A stretch of 64,000 nt of DNA from a virus: positions 1-64,000 of IMG/VR virus record IMGVR_UViG_3300047499_000102; one strand, given 5' to 3'. Shown in pieces: positions 10,484-20,479 of this stretch (its first letter is position 1; the number at the start of each line of letters is the position of its first letter). The notes beneath the pieces are model-generated. The model made no database searches. It had not been told where the DNA came from and was given only the letters and a program-made list of their open reading frames with translations. The position numbers and the translations under genes are program-made.

Positions 10484-11226
10484 TACTTCCTCCACGACAC
10501 GACGGTGACCTTGCCGCGCTCGGTGAGCCGACGCGCGAGACCGCCGTTGTACCTGTCGACCATCTCCTGATGGCTCAGGTACGTGGTGACCCACGTCGGC
10601 CGGTCGTGCTGGTGCCGCTCGAAGAGCACGTCCACGATGGGGTTGGAATCGCGCGCGGTCTCTTGCCCGACGTCGTCGAGCACCAGGAGAGCCACGTTGG
10701 CGAGCCTGTCGATCTCGGGCGCCTCGCCGCGCCCGAGCGCGTGCTGGATGGCCGCCTTGCCCAGCGTGATCGCGTCGACGAAGCTGGCGCGCAGTCCCTC
10801 GTGCTGGTCGAACGACCGACGCAGGAGCGCGCAGGCAAGCGACGTCTTGCCGCTCTGGGTCGGGCCCGTGAAGATCACGTTCCGCGTGTGAAGCGTGCCG
10901 AGTTGCGCGCCCATGTGCGCCACGTGATCGGCGCCGACGCGCTCCGCGAGCAGCGGCTCCTCAAGGTCCGCCCAGCGGTAGTGCTCCGGGATGGTCAGGT
11001 AGCGGCGCGCGAGTCGCTCGCGCTTGTCGAGCGCGATGCAGTCCACGCAGGCGTGCGCGTAGTAGGTGCGCCGGCCGCCGAAGACCACCGTCCCGCCGGA
11101 GATCACGCGCTGCGACGGCAGCGGTGCGCACGGCTTGCCACACGTGCACGGCGGCACGAACGGCTTCATCGGGTCGATCTTCTTCGAGGGCTCGACGTCG
11201 ATGTGCACCTTGCGCGGATCGCTCAC
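10483..11226 (-). CDS. DnaC/IstB-like AAA+ helicase loader
   Basis: Walker A GPTQSGKTS, Walker B LLVLDDVG, R....PTWVTT, N-terminal Cys pairs; lies directly after the initiator. Confidence 0.85.
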   Translation of the reverse strand: MSDPRKVHIDVEPSKKIDPMKPFVPPCTCGKPCAPLPSQRVISGGTVVFGGRRTYYAHACVDCIALDKRERLARRYLTIPEHYRWADLEEPLLAERVGADHVAHMGAQLGTLHTRNVIFTGPTQSGKTSLACALLRRSFDQHEGLRASFVDAITLGKAAIQHALGRGEAPEIDRLANVALLVLDDVGQETARDSNPIVDVLFERHQHDRPTWVTTYLSHQEMVDRYNGGLARRLTERGKVTVVSWRK

Positions 11227-12356
11227 GTGCCCTCCGCCGGGTCCATGCCCTCGCCGCCCTGCTTGATCTTTCCTGGCCCGCCTCGCTGCAGGCCCTTGGT
11301 GTGCTGGAAGCCGTTGTCGCACCAGCGCGCGAAGCCCCACACGCTGATCTCAGCACCGACGGACATGCAGCTGCTCGCGTACGCCGTGGCCTTCTGTTTC
11401 GTCCACTCCAGCAGGGCCCGAGGGTCCTTCTTCGGCCCATGGGCGACGATGGCCCCGGTCAGCTTCCGCTGCTCACCGGGCGCCATGGGGCTGAGGGTGC
11501 CAGCGGTCACGACGCACACGGCATCACGCCACACGCCGACCGTGTAGCCCATGCAGCCGTCCTCCACGGCGCTACGTGGATAGGAGCGCATCGGCACGAC
11601 CTGGCCCCCCTGCCACTCCATGCCGATCACAACGTCCGCCCACTCCGTGCCCTCGCGCCATCCCCACTGGGCGCAGCGGAGAATGCTCACCCGGACGCAG
11701 CCGCGAAAGCGAGCCATCTTCAGGACGGAACGGCCGCGGGGTGTCAGGTTGTCCAACTCGATGACCAACGTCTCGCCGTCCTTGCGAGCGACCAGATCGA
11801 CACGACCGTTGCGACCGTCCTCGAACGCGTCGGACACCGCCACCTCGCGCTCAACGAGCCAGCCAAGGTCTCGAAGTGCTTCCTCGTAGCGGTCCTTTAG
11901 GCTCGCTGCGTTACCGTGCTGACCACGGAGACTTTTGGCGATGCAGCGCAGATCGCGCCGGGCGACTTCGCTGATGCCGACCGACTCTGTCCGCGCGGAC
12001 ACGGACGGAACATGCGGCTCGGGGGGGTTGGTATTCTCGATCTCGATCTCTGTTTCAAGATCGACAGACACACCTTCCCCTTTCCCCGTCCGTCCTCTGT
12101 CCGTCATGTCCACCACAGTCCGCGCATGTCCGTCGTGTCCGTCGTGTCCGTCGTGTCCGCTCGGACGCGGCGGATCGCTGCCGCCGCGCTCGCGTCTCTT
12201 TCGATCGCGATCGCGCACCCGCCGTGCCTCGTCGCCCTGGTCGTCCGCCAGCTGCTCCAGGAGGCCCTCTGCGATGGCTCGCACGTTGTCCTCCGTTGAG
12301 AGCCTGGCGATGAGCCTGAGCCCCGTACGGGCGGCCTCAATGCGCGCGCGGCTCAT
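11223..12356 (-). CDS. Replication initiator-like protein with an internal PD-(D/E)XK-like domain
   Basis: RRVRDRDRKRRER helix, internal iterons, position upstream of DnaC-like gene; VEREV...GRVDLVA...VIELD. Confidence 0.6.
   Translation of the reverse strand: MSRARIEAARTGLRLIARLSTEDNVRAIAEGLLEQLADDQGDEARRVRDRDRKRRERGGSDPPRPSGHDGHDGHDGHARTVVDMTDRGRTGKGEGVSVDLETEIEIENTNPPEPHVPSVSARTESVGISEVARRDLRCIAKSLRGQHGNAASLKDRYEEALRDLGWLVEREVAVSDAFEDGRNGRVDLVARKDGETLVIELDNLTPRGRSVLKMARFRGCVRVSILRCAQWGWREGTEWADVVIGMEWQGGQVVPMRSYPRSAVEDGCMGYTVGVWRDAVCVVTAGTLSPMAPGEQRKLTGAIVAHGPKKDPRALLEWTKQKATAYASSCMSVGAEISVWGFARWCDNGFQHTKGLQRGGPGKIKQGGEGMDPAEGT
12090..12160. repeat. Iteron-like repeats (TGTCCGTCG x3 plus partial copies), putative origin
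   Basis: tgtccgtcgtgtccgtcgtgtccgtcgtgtccg at 12127-12159, with more TGTCC/GTCC copies nearby. Confidence 0.6.
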
Positions 12357-12727
12357 GCCGTCGTCCTCGACCTGGCCCATGCTTGGTTGCCTCTCATGCC
12401 CGTCGCCTCCATTCGCGAAGCGCGCGCGAGCCCACGACGCCCCTGCCAGCGGCGCGATACGGTCTGGAAAGTTGACGGGTCTCCCCGTCTCCGAACCGCA
12501 CCGCTGGCAGGAACGTCGACGACCGCGGCGCTTTCCAGTCGCCGTGTGAGAACCACCGTTACCCGATCCTGCCTCAGCCGGTCAAAGAAATTGTGTCGAA
12601 ACGCGACACGCTTGTGGCGGATTGCCACGCGACGCGGCGAACGCCATCGATCTTTCGATGGCTTGCAAGCGAGCGGAAGGATTCGCGCATCGCGCGAAAC
12701 CGTGACGCCCGTCCAGAGTCTGTGCGT

Positions 12728-14650
12728 TCACAGGGCAGCGGCGTCGATGCGCGCCCGCGCGCGCTTCTCGCGCTGGGCGAGGTACGCCTCGGCGAGCTTC
12801 TTCACGTGGTGGCCGCCGCCGGTGAGCTTCTCGGTCAACTCGCGCTCCGGGTCGCGGATGCCCTCCGCCTGCCCGGTCTTCAGCCCAAGCAGGTCCATCA
12901 GGTGCGGATCGCTGCCGTCCTCGCTCACGAGGTAGTAGGCGAACACCGGATCGGTCTGGCCGTCGCGATGGGGGCGGCCGCTACACTGCTCGTGCACGCC
13001 GGGCGACGGATCGAGTTCCCCGTAGACGATGGTGCGACAGCACTTCTGCAGGCCATCGACGCCGGCGCCGCTGCGCAGACTCATAACGAGGACCTTGGAG
13101 TCGCCCTCGATGAAGGCCGCGCGCGCTTCTTCCTTCTGCTTGGCGCTCTCGCGCCCCGTGTGCAGCACTGGCTTCAGATCGGCCAGCCCCTCGCGACCGC
13201 CGCCGAGGAGCTTCATCCATTCGCCGTACACGGCATGATGCCAGCCGAAGAGCAGGATCTTGTTCTCGCCGCCCTCGATGAGCAGTCGCACGAACTCGGC
13301 GACGTAGGGCGCTTTGCTGAGCCCAGTCGCCTCCCGCAGCCGCCAGTCGAGTTCCGTCGCGGCCTTCATGCTCGCCCCGCGCACCTTCTGCTCGGCGGTG
13401 ACTGGACCCATCTCAGCGATCTCGGTACCTGCCGGCGCGACCTTGTCCTTGCCGAGTAGAAAGCGCGCTAGCTCCGCGCAGCGGTCCTCCACCGCCTCGA
13501 GGACCGAGGCGTCGCTCTCCACCTTGTGAAGGACGTTCGTCAGCGGTGGCAACTCGCGCCCGATGTCGGCGCGGGTGCGGCGCAACATCATGCCCTCGCC
13601 GCGCACGTACACGCCGAAGGCCTTCGGATCCTTGATCTCGGCCTGGTCGCGATGCGCGCCGTCGCACCACTCGGTGGTGAACTCGTCGACGGTGCCGAGC
13701 GCGCCGGGACGGATACACTCCATCACCGTGAAGAACTCCGAGCCCCAGTTGTAGATCGGGGTGGCGCTGCAGCCGAGCCGGTACTTGACGGCATCGGCGA
13801 TGAGCTTCGCGGCCGCATACTTCTGCGTCCGCTGCTTGTTGCCATCCTTGTCTCGCCCCCACTCGCGCCGTAGTTCCTGCGCCTCGTCGAAGACGCAGCT
13901 GGCGAGCAGCCCTTCCTGCGCCATCTCCGCGAAGGTCTCGGCCCACCCCACGATCTTGGAGTAGCTCGTGACGATGACATCCGGCATCGGGAAGGGGCCG
14001 CGGCCGACCTCCTTCGGTCGGCACCCGCACTTGCGGCAGCGCGACGGCCGCAGGCGCTCGGCCTCGGTGAAGTCGTGCCGCCTGCAGCCCTTGGTCAGAT
14101 CGTAGGGCTTGGTCCCCTGGATGACCGCGACGCGCAGCGCCGGGGCGAACTTCGAGATCTCGCGACGCCACTGCTGGGGCAATGCCGTGGGCGCGATGAC
14201 CAGCGCGGGCAGACTGCGCTCGTCGCAGAAGGAGCAGATCGCCGTACAAGTCTTGCCTGTACCGAGGTCGTCAGCGAGAAGCAGGCCGCCGCTGGCCATG
14301 TAGAGCGCTGCCGCCTCGGTCTGGTAGTGGCGCGCCGGGACGGCCAGCTCCACGGGCAGCTTTGGGATCTTGCCCGAGAGCATCTTGGCAACCAGCGACT
14401 GCTGCTCGCGGTGCTCGTCTGCGCGCTGCTCGAGGTAGGCGCGCGCAGCGGCGTCGGTCGTCATCTCGTAGCGCTCAAGGAACCATTGCAGGTCGCGCGC
14501 GTTCTCGGGCGTGTCGCTGAGGACGTACTCATCGCGCGGCCCCGCGCCGAGCTTCGGGAAGACTCTCTTCAGCTTGATGGCCTGATGGGCTGGGAGCGTG
14601 ATGATCCAGACCGTGCCAGGCTCGCCCTTCGTCACTCGACCGAGCTTCAT
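12728..14650 (-). CDS. SNF2-family helicase
   Basis: LLADDLGTGKT, FDEAQ, SATPIYN, MLRRTR, GVDGLQ, QCSGRPHRDGQ. Confidence 0.92.
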   Translation of the reverse strand: MKLGRVTKGEPGTVWIITLPAHQAIKLKRVFPKLGAGPRDEYVLSDTPENARDLQWFLERYEMTTDAAARAYLEQRADEHREQQSLVAKMLSGKIPKLPVELAVPARHYQTEAAALYMASGGLLLADDLGTGKTCTAICSFCDERSLPALVIAPTALPQQWRREISKFAPALRVAVIQGTKPYDLTKGCRRHDFTEAERLRPSRCRKCGCRPKEVGRGPFPMPDVIVTSYSKIVGWAETFAEMAQEGLLASCVFDEAQELRREWGRDKDGNKQRTQKYAAAKLIADAVKYRLGCSATPIYNWGSEFFTVMECIRPGALGTVDEFTTEWCDGAHRDQAEIKDPKAFGVYVRGEGMMLRRTRADIGRELPPLTNVLHKVESDASVLEAVEDRCAELARFLLGKDKVAPAGTEIAEMGPVTAEQKVRGASMKAATELDWRLREATGLSKAPYVAEFVRLLIEGGENKILLFGWHHAVYGEWMKLLGGGREGLADLKPVLHTGRESAKQKEEARAAFIEGDSKVLVMSLRSGAGVDGLQKCCRTIVYGELDPSPGVHEQCSGRPHRDGQTDPVFAYYLVSEDGSDPHLMDLLGLKTGQAEGIRDPERELTEKLTGGGHHVKKLAEAYLAQREKRARARIDAAAL

Positions 14651-14652
14651 CG

Positions 14653-15011
14653 TCAGATGAGTCCTCCCGGGAGGCGCACGACGCGCACCCGCTTGCCGTA
14701 CCACTCCACGCCGTCCAACTCTACATAGCTCGCGCGGGTCGTCGCGAGAAGAAGAACGCGCACGCGCGGGCTCTTGGCGTAGCGCCACAACTGCGCCGCG
14801 ATCTTGCTCACCGTGCCGCGCATCTTGATCTCGATGCCGACGTCGCCCACGAGGAAGTCGATGCGCTCCCGGGGGCCGAGCTTCACCTCGTGCTCGGCCT
14901 CGATGCCGTTGCTGGCGAGCACACGCGCGATCGCATCGTGGAGCGGACCTTCCTGCGAGACGTGGTAACGGACCGAGGTGAGCGCGGCGACGACGTCGTC
15001 CTCGAAGCTCA
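14653..15011 (-). CDS. PD-(D/E)XK nuclease-fold protein
   Basis: EHEV...RIDFLV..VGIEIK...QLWRYA. Confidence 0.7.
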
Positions 15012-15419
15012 CGGCTTCACCGGCGGCCACCCGTCGCGCACGACATCGAGCCACGCATCGACGAAGGCAGGGTCGTGCTCGGGTCGCATCTCCTGCAGCA
15101 GGCGCGTGGGCATCCCGTTGGCGCCGGTCATGCGCAGGATCTCGCGCTCGGGCACGTTGGCCGCGTAGCCGCGAGCGCACGCCAGTTGCTCAGAGTGGGC
15201 GAAGATGCGGCAGATGAGCGGTCGCACCTCGTAGACCGAGCAGCGTCCGCCCTGGTAGAGCGGGCACACGTCCTCGGGACCCGCCAGGGGCACGATGCCG
15301 CGCGCCTTCATGTGGGCCGCGATCCGGTTGTACTCCGTCTCGGTCACGGGGATGACGCCGCAGCACGCACCGCAGCCGTCATCGCATCGCACCGACGGCA
15401 GCACCTTGAGCTTCCTCAT
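15009..15419 (-). CDS. YkgJ-family Cys-cluster (Fe-S/Zn) protein
   Basis: CxxGCGACC...CPLY..GRCSVYEVRPLICR. Confidence 0.85.
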   Translation of the reverse strand: MRKLKVLPSVRCDDGCGACCGVIPVTETEYNRIAAHMKARGIVPLAGPEDVCPLYQGGRCSVYEVRPLICRIFAHSEQLACARGYAANVPEREILRMTGANGMPTRLLQEMRPEHDPAFVDAWLDVVRDGWPPVKP

Positions 15420-15954
15420 CGGACACGACCTCCATGGCGAACGTACATGCTGAACACTTCTGCATCCCGAAGACGCCGGCGGGGACGCAGCACCCGGTGC
15501 CGCAGCCGTCATCGAGACGCACCGTGCACGGCTTGTCCGGGTTGCAGAAGCACGCCCCGCACGTCTTCGCCCCAACGGGCCACGTGGGCGGCGGTACCGT
15601 CTTCGGCACCGAGCGCCAGCACGGGTGCACCGTCCGCCCGAGTTGCTTGCTCGTCTCGGCCGCCAGCCGCACGGCGGCCGAGCAGCGCGCCGCGAGGTCG
15701 GCGATCTCCGCGATGTCGGTGCGGCCGTGCGTGCGCACATCGTTGACGCCGTCCAACTCTTCGGTGTGCAGCCGCACGTGCACCACGGTGCGTCCGCCGC
15801 GGCGCTCGGAGCAGATGAGCGCAAGCAGGCCCTGGCGTATGAGACGCCAGCCGATGCGCTTCCAGCTGCCCCAGAGCGTGAGCGTGCCGCCGTTGTCGTG
15901 CACGTCGCCGAGCACGATGATCTCGATGCGCGAGAGGCTCGTGGCCAGCGTCAT
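15379..15954 (-). CDS. Hypothetical protein with Cys-rich C-terminus
   Basis: ORF with multiple CxxC motifs. Confidence 0.5.
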   Translation of the reverse strand: MTLATSLSRIEIIVLGDVHDNGGTLTLWGSWKRIGWRLIRQGLLALICSERRGGRTVVHVRLHTEELDGVNDVRTHGRTDIAEIADLAARCSAAVRLAAETSKQLGRTVHPCWRSVPKTVPPPTWPVGAKTCGACFCNPDKPCTVRLDDGCGTGCCVPAGVFGMQKCSACTFAMEVVSDEEAQGAAVGAMR

Positions 15955-16120
15955 GCCGGAATCCGGTTCGGCGGCGAGTTGCTCTTCGGCGGCTCCAGCG
16001 ACACCTGCACCGCCTGCCAGCCGCAGGGGAGGCACACGAAGACCCGCGAGCCCGCGCGGCGACGGAGACGGTCCCTCTCGTGCGCGCGCTCCTCGCAGCG
16101 GCAGTAGATGGCGTCGCACG

Positions 16121-16501
16121 TCATGTGAAGAGCTTCCCTTGCCCGCGCTTTCGATCGCGCGTCTCCCTCGCGTTCTTCGCGTGGTGCTTGGCGTCAAGCC
16201 GCAGATGATGCAACTGGCAGAGTGCTATAAGGTTCGCGTCGTCGCAGTTCTCCGGCGTGTGATCGCGGTGCGCAACGGTCAGGACGATGCGGACCGGATA
16301 CCAGTCGTCCTCGAAGCCCGACGGCGCCGTGCCCTCCGGCAGGAATCGCTCCGGGTTGGCGATCTCGCGCAGTACCATGGAGCCGTTCACGGCGCCGCAG
16401 CCAGGGTGCGCGCAGCGGTTGCCGTCGCGCTCGCGGATGCGCTTCGAGATCGCCTTCCAGTCCTTCGGGTAGCGGGCCCGCTCCTCGGGTCGAATCGGCA
16501 T
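16121..16501 (-). CDS. HNH-like phage protein
   Basis: YPKDWKAIS.RIR.RDGNRC...LTVAHRDHTPENC...NLIALCQLHH. Confidence 0.8.
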   Translation of the reverse strand: MPIRPEERARYPKDWKAISKRIRERDGNRCAHPGCGAVNGSMVLREIANPERFLPEGTAPSGFEDDWYPVRIVLTVAHRDHTPENCDDANLIALCQLHHLRLDAKHHAKNARETRDRKRGQGKLFT

Positions 16502-18115
16502 CAGGCGAAGTCCTCCCACTCCTCGACCCCACGCCTGCGCAGCTGCAGCCGCCGGCACCCCGGCGTCGCCCCGTGATTGTAGTCGCCGACGACGCGCAGG
16601 AACACGTCCGGCTCCACCTTGCCGGTGACCACCTCGTCGAGCAAGCGATCGCTCCGCAGCGCCCCGCGCGCGAAGGCCCTCGCCGTGAAGAACGTCGGCG
16701 CGCCCACCGTGATGGACTCGATCGCGACGAGCGCAGCGCGCGCCGGGGCGTCGCTGTTCGGCTTGTGCGGCCTCTCGAAGGCGATGGCCGCGCGCTCCCA
16801 GAGCGGCTTCGGCGGCGCCCTCGTGCCCTCCGGCATCGTCCAGAACTTCCACATCACCGCTCGCGCCTCCACCACGCTCGACGGCCTCGGGCTGGGTCGA
16901 GGCAGAGTAGCGCGATGGCGAGCCCCACGCCCATCACGTGCCGTTCCAGAGGTACGACGACACGCGCGGGGTGCCGCCTCGGGCGCCATCGACCAACTCG
17001 AGCAGACGGAGAAGCGCGATTGCGCTGTTGGTTGTCCCGCTCGGCCGATAGTGCGTCGCGACCAGCAGGGTGTCGATTGTGATCCCTTCGTCCGGATCGC
17101 CAACTCGCACCCCGTGAGCCCGTTGGCGCCTTTCACGCGCATGTGCTTCTCCCGCTTCGGTCGCAGCGCAGGCTCAGCGCTCGGCATCGGACGATGCCTG
17201 CCCCGAATCGGCGAGCAAGCTCATGGCCCCCTGGAGCACCGGCGGCAGCGTGCGCTGCACGATGTCGACGGAGGCCACGCCCGGCGTACGCCCGAGCGCG
17301 ATGGCCGCGATCACTGCGTCGCGCACCGCATCGAACGCCGTCGCGATCGCCTGCAGGTCGGTCGGCAGAGGCACGGTCACGGACCTCGGCGCGGGCTTCT
17401 TCGTCGACTCTTCCATCCTCGGTCCCTCCTTCAGCAGATGCCACGCGATCTCGTGGCCGCACCGACAGAGCGGGCGGCCGCGCTTCGCCTTCGCGCGTGC
17501 GCGCGACCGCCGGTACTCCTCGCAGCCGCAGCCGTACTGGCAGGGGCCGAGCGGGCGTAACCCGTTCTTCGCCCGCCCGGCCGCCATCGGCTACTTCTTC
17601 GCCTTGGCCTTCGACCGCGGCCCCGGCAACTCCTCGTCGTCCTCTTCCTCGGGCGGCTCGAATCCGGGCAGACCCTCCTGCCGCTCATCGGCCGTCGCGA
17701 CACGCGCGTCCTTCCAGAGCTCCTGCTTGTCCACGCGAACGCTCTCGATGACGCCCGTGGGCAGGAGCCGGTCGACGCACTCGACCTCGCGCAACTCGGT
17801 GGAGTTGTCGATGGTCTCCACGCACCGCGACCGCATGTTCTTGATCGCCGCGCTCTTCTCCCGGCACTCCGACAGGAACTGGCGCTTCGACTTGTCGAGC
17901 TCCTCCTCCTCGTGGTGGAGCTTGGCCATCTGCTTCATGGCCTCTTCGACCTTGTCCTGCCCCACGCGTACGGGCAGAAGTTCCTTGTAGGTGCGCCGCA
18001 CGACTGCATCGCGATGCTGGTGCGCCTTGTCGCCCGCCGCGCCGAGGTGCGCGTCGCGCGCCGCCTCGGGCGTCTCCTTCGTGCCCTTGCTCTTCTTCGC
18101 CTTCTTCGCAGCCAT
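16501..18115 (-). CDS. Hypothetical genes (16501-16854, 17174-17587, 17591-18115)
   Basis: ORFs with RBS; 17591-18115 is coiled-coil. Confidence 0.55.
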
Positions 18116-18231
18116 GGACGTCTCCTCGCCGCGCACGTCCACGACGTCGCGAGCGGCGACGCCTTCTCGTCGGTGCGGGCTCACCCACTACTACCTTGAC
18201 CGATGGCACTTGCGCAAGGCATGCTCCGGGC

Positions 18232-18423
18232 ATGTCGACGACGCCGCGCGCCACCACCAAGACCACCAAGCGCAAGCCGCAGCCGTACCTGATGGTCCGC
18301 GTGGACGACGAGCAGCTGGCGAAGATCACCAGCGCCGCGAAGAAGGCCGGCTCCAGCTACCCGGCGGTCTGGGCTCGCACGCTGCTCCTGCAAGCGGCCG
18401 AACGCGTGCTCGCGAAGACGTAG
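18232..18423 (+). CDS. Arc/RHH-type regulator at the divergent switch
   Basis: YLMVRVDDEQLAKITSAAKKAG...WARTLLL; TTGACC-type promoter upstream; sits at the strand switch. Confidence 0.7.
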   Translation: MSTTPRATTKTTKRKPQPYLMVRVDDEQLAKITSAAKKAGSSYPAVWARTLLLQAAERVLAKT

Positions 18424-18436
18424 TCCCGCGAAGGAC

Positions 18437-18465
18437 TTGACCGCATGCGTTGCGCATGCGAGGTT
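18437..18465 (+). promoter_or_regulatory. Promoter with the palindromic operator GCATGCG-TTG-CGCATGC as its spacer
   Basis: TTGACC-[17-bp palindrome 18443-18459]-GAGGTT. Confidence 0.65.
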
Positions 18466-18518
18466 CTCCTCCAGAGACGCGCGGCAACCGACCGCCGCGC
18501 GCCTGAAGGGGGAACCCG

Positions 18519-20479
18519 ATGCGACCGAAGGGGCCCAAGGGCCGCGACATCCTCGACCAGGGCACGACCCTCGCGAGCTCCGCACACACCATGGCCGCCG
18601 GCATCCGCCTGACGGCGGAGACGACCCGCCACCCGATCGTGGCCCACGCCATCGCGCGCGCCAACCAGGAGCACGATACGCGCGTCCGCGAGGACGTCGT
18701 GCGGTCGCTCAGCCGCGAGCCCCTCGCGATGCTCTTCTCATGCATGGCCAACTGGGTGTCCGCGGTGCTCATGTCCGGCCCGCGGCAGCCCGAGTTGACG
18801 TGGGTGCTGCGCTTCGTGCCGACAGCGAAGCGCTGGCGCCTGTTCATCGTCGTCGACGGCGAGGAGGTCTTCGAGGGGCTGAGCAGCCACGTCGGGCAGC
18901 TGGCCATCGACGCCGAGCGCGCCTTCCGCCTCTGGGCCGACGAGGAAGACCGCAAGGAGAACGAGGCCCGCCTTGAGGCCTCCGTGACCGACCTGCAGAA
19001 GGAGTGACCGATGTCCTATGCCTACAACGATCTTCGCCCGACGCTGTTCACCGATGATGGGCAGCGTACGCTTCTGCGCGTGCGCGACAACGCGCGCGCC
19101 ATCCTCGATCGGTCGTGCGCCTTCCGCGCCGAGGCCCCGGCGCTGACGGACGGCGACCGCTGCATCGACCCGTGGCTGCTCGCCGCCTGCCTCGATCGGA
19201 TGGTCGAGTTGGGCGAGCTCCGCGAGGTGCCCACGCACAAGGACGCCTTCCTACAGCACCGCATCTTCGTGTCGGCGAGGCGCGGATGACCGCCACAACC
19301 TCGATCGCGGTGAAGGACCGAGAGCGCAAGGCGATGGTCTGGAACGTCCCGCGCGGCTTCGGCGTGCAGTATCGCGCCGTCGCCCGCGAGGTGGCCATGG
19401 GCCGCTACAAGGGCACGCGCGACCTGCTCGGGCTCGTCGGCTACGACGTGAGCGCCGAGGTCGTGGCGACGTGGAGCATGCGCGAGCACGTCGAGGCGAT
19501 CGTGTACGCCCTCAACGTCCACGCGCGCGCCAGCGACAACCCGCTCCGCAAGCACCCACGCCCCGCATGGCTGCCGCAGCCCTGCCAGGGGCACGAGATG
19601 GCGGCGACCGTGCTGGAGCGCCACCGATGAGCCTCGCCGAGAAGACCGACGCCCTCAACGAGGCGCTCGACGACGCCGAGACCATCTTCGAGATGCGCTT
19701 CAAGGTGGACGGGGTGACTGGCTCGGTTCCTCTTCTGCTAGGGAAACGGCTCGCATGGAAGAAGCAGGATGGCGACTGGGTGTTCGCCGTGCTCGACGAG
19801 CGACGACCGGAGGCGGTGTCTCTGCTCAAGGCGCCACGCCACCTTCGCATCGCCGCGGCCGCCGTTCTGCCGGCTCTCTGGCAAGAACTGGAGGGCAGCA
19901 TCGGCGTCAGCGAGCGCGAGGTCGAGAAGGCTATCGCCGCCGTCCGCACCTTCACTGCCGAGAAGCTCAGCGCCATGGCGCCGCCGCTGGTGCGGGGTCC
20001 ACGATGATACCCGCGCGCGTGAAGCTCGACATCCGCAACGCGATCGCGCGCGCCCGCGAGAGGGTGCGCAGCATGCGCGATGCCCCGGAGTGGGGTGGCC
20101 AGTTGGGCGTGCGCACGCGCGAAACCGCCGACGCAATCGAGGCGCTCGCGCTGGCGACGGAGCGCATGCTCGACGCGCTCAACCGCCCGCAGCCGCTGCG
20201 CCGCAAGCCCGCCCGGAGGGCACGCCGATGAGGGCCGGCTTCACCCACCTGGACTTCGAGCTGGCGTACCTAGCCGCCTTCACGGCTCTCCGCTTCCTGC
20301 CGCCCGACGACATCGCCCAGCGCCTGGCGCGCGCGACCCCATCGGGCGAGGTCCTGCTTGAGGTCGTCGCGGCGATGCGCATGGCCTCCCCTCTCGGCGT
20401 CCCCGCCCCCTCGAAGCGCATGGCGGCCGCCTTCTCTGTCCTCGCGAAGTACGAACGGAAAGGATCGACGTCCCAATGA
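18519..20479 (+). CDS. Six coupled hypothetical genes (18519-19007, 19011-19289, 19286-19630, 19627-20007, 20004-20231, 20228-20479)
   Basis: ATGA overlaps and codon bias. Confidence 0.6.
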
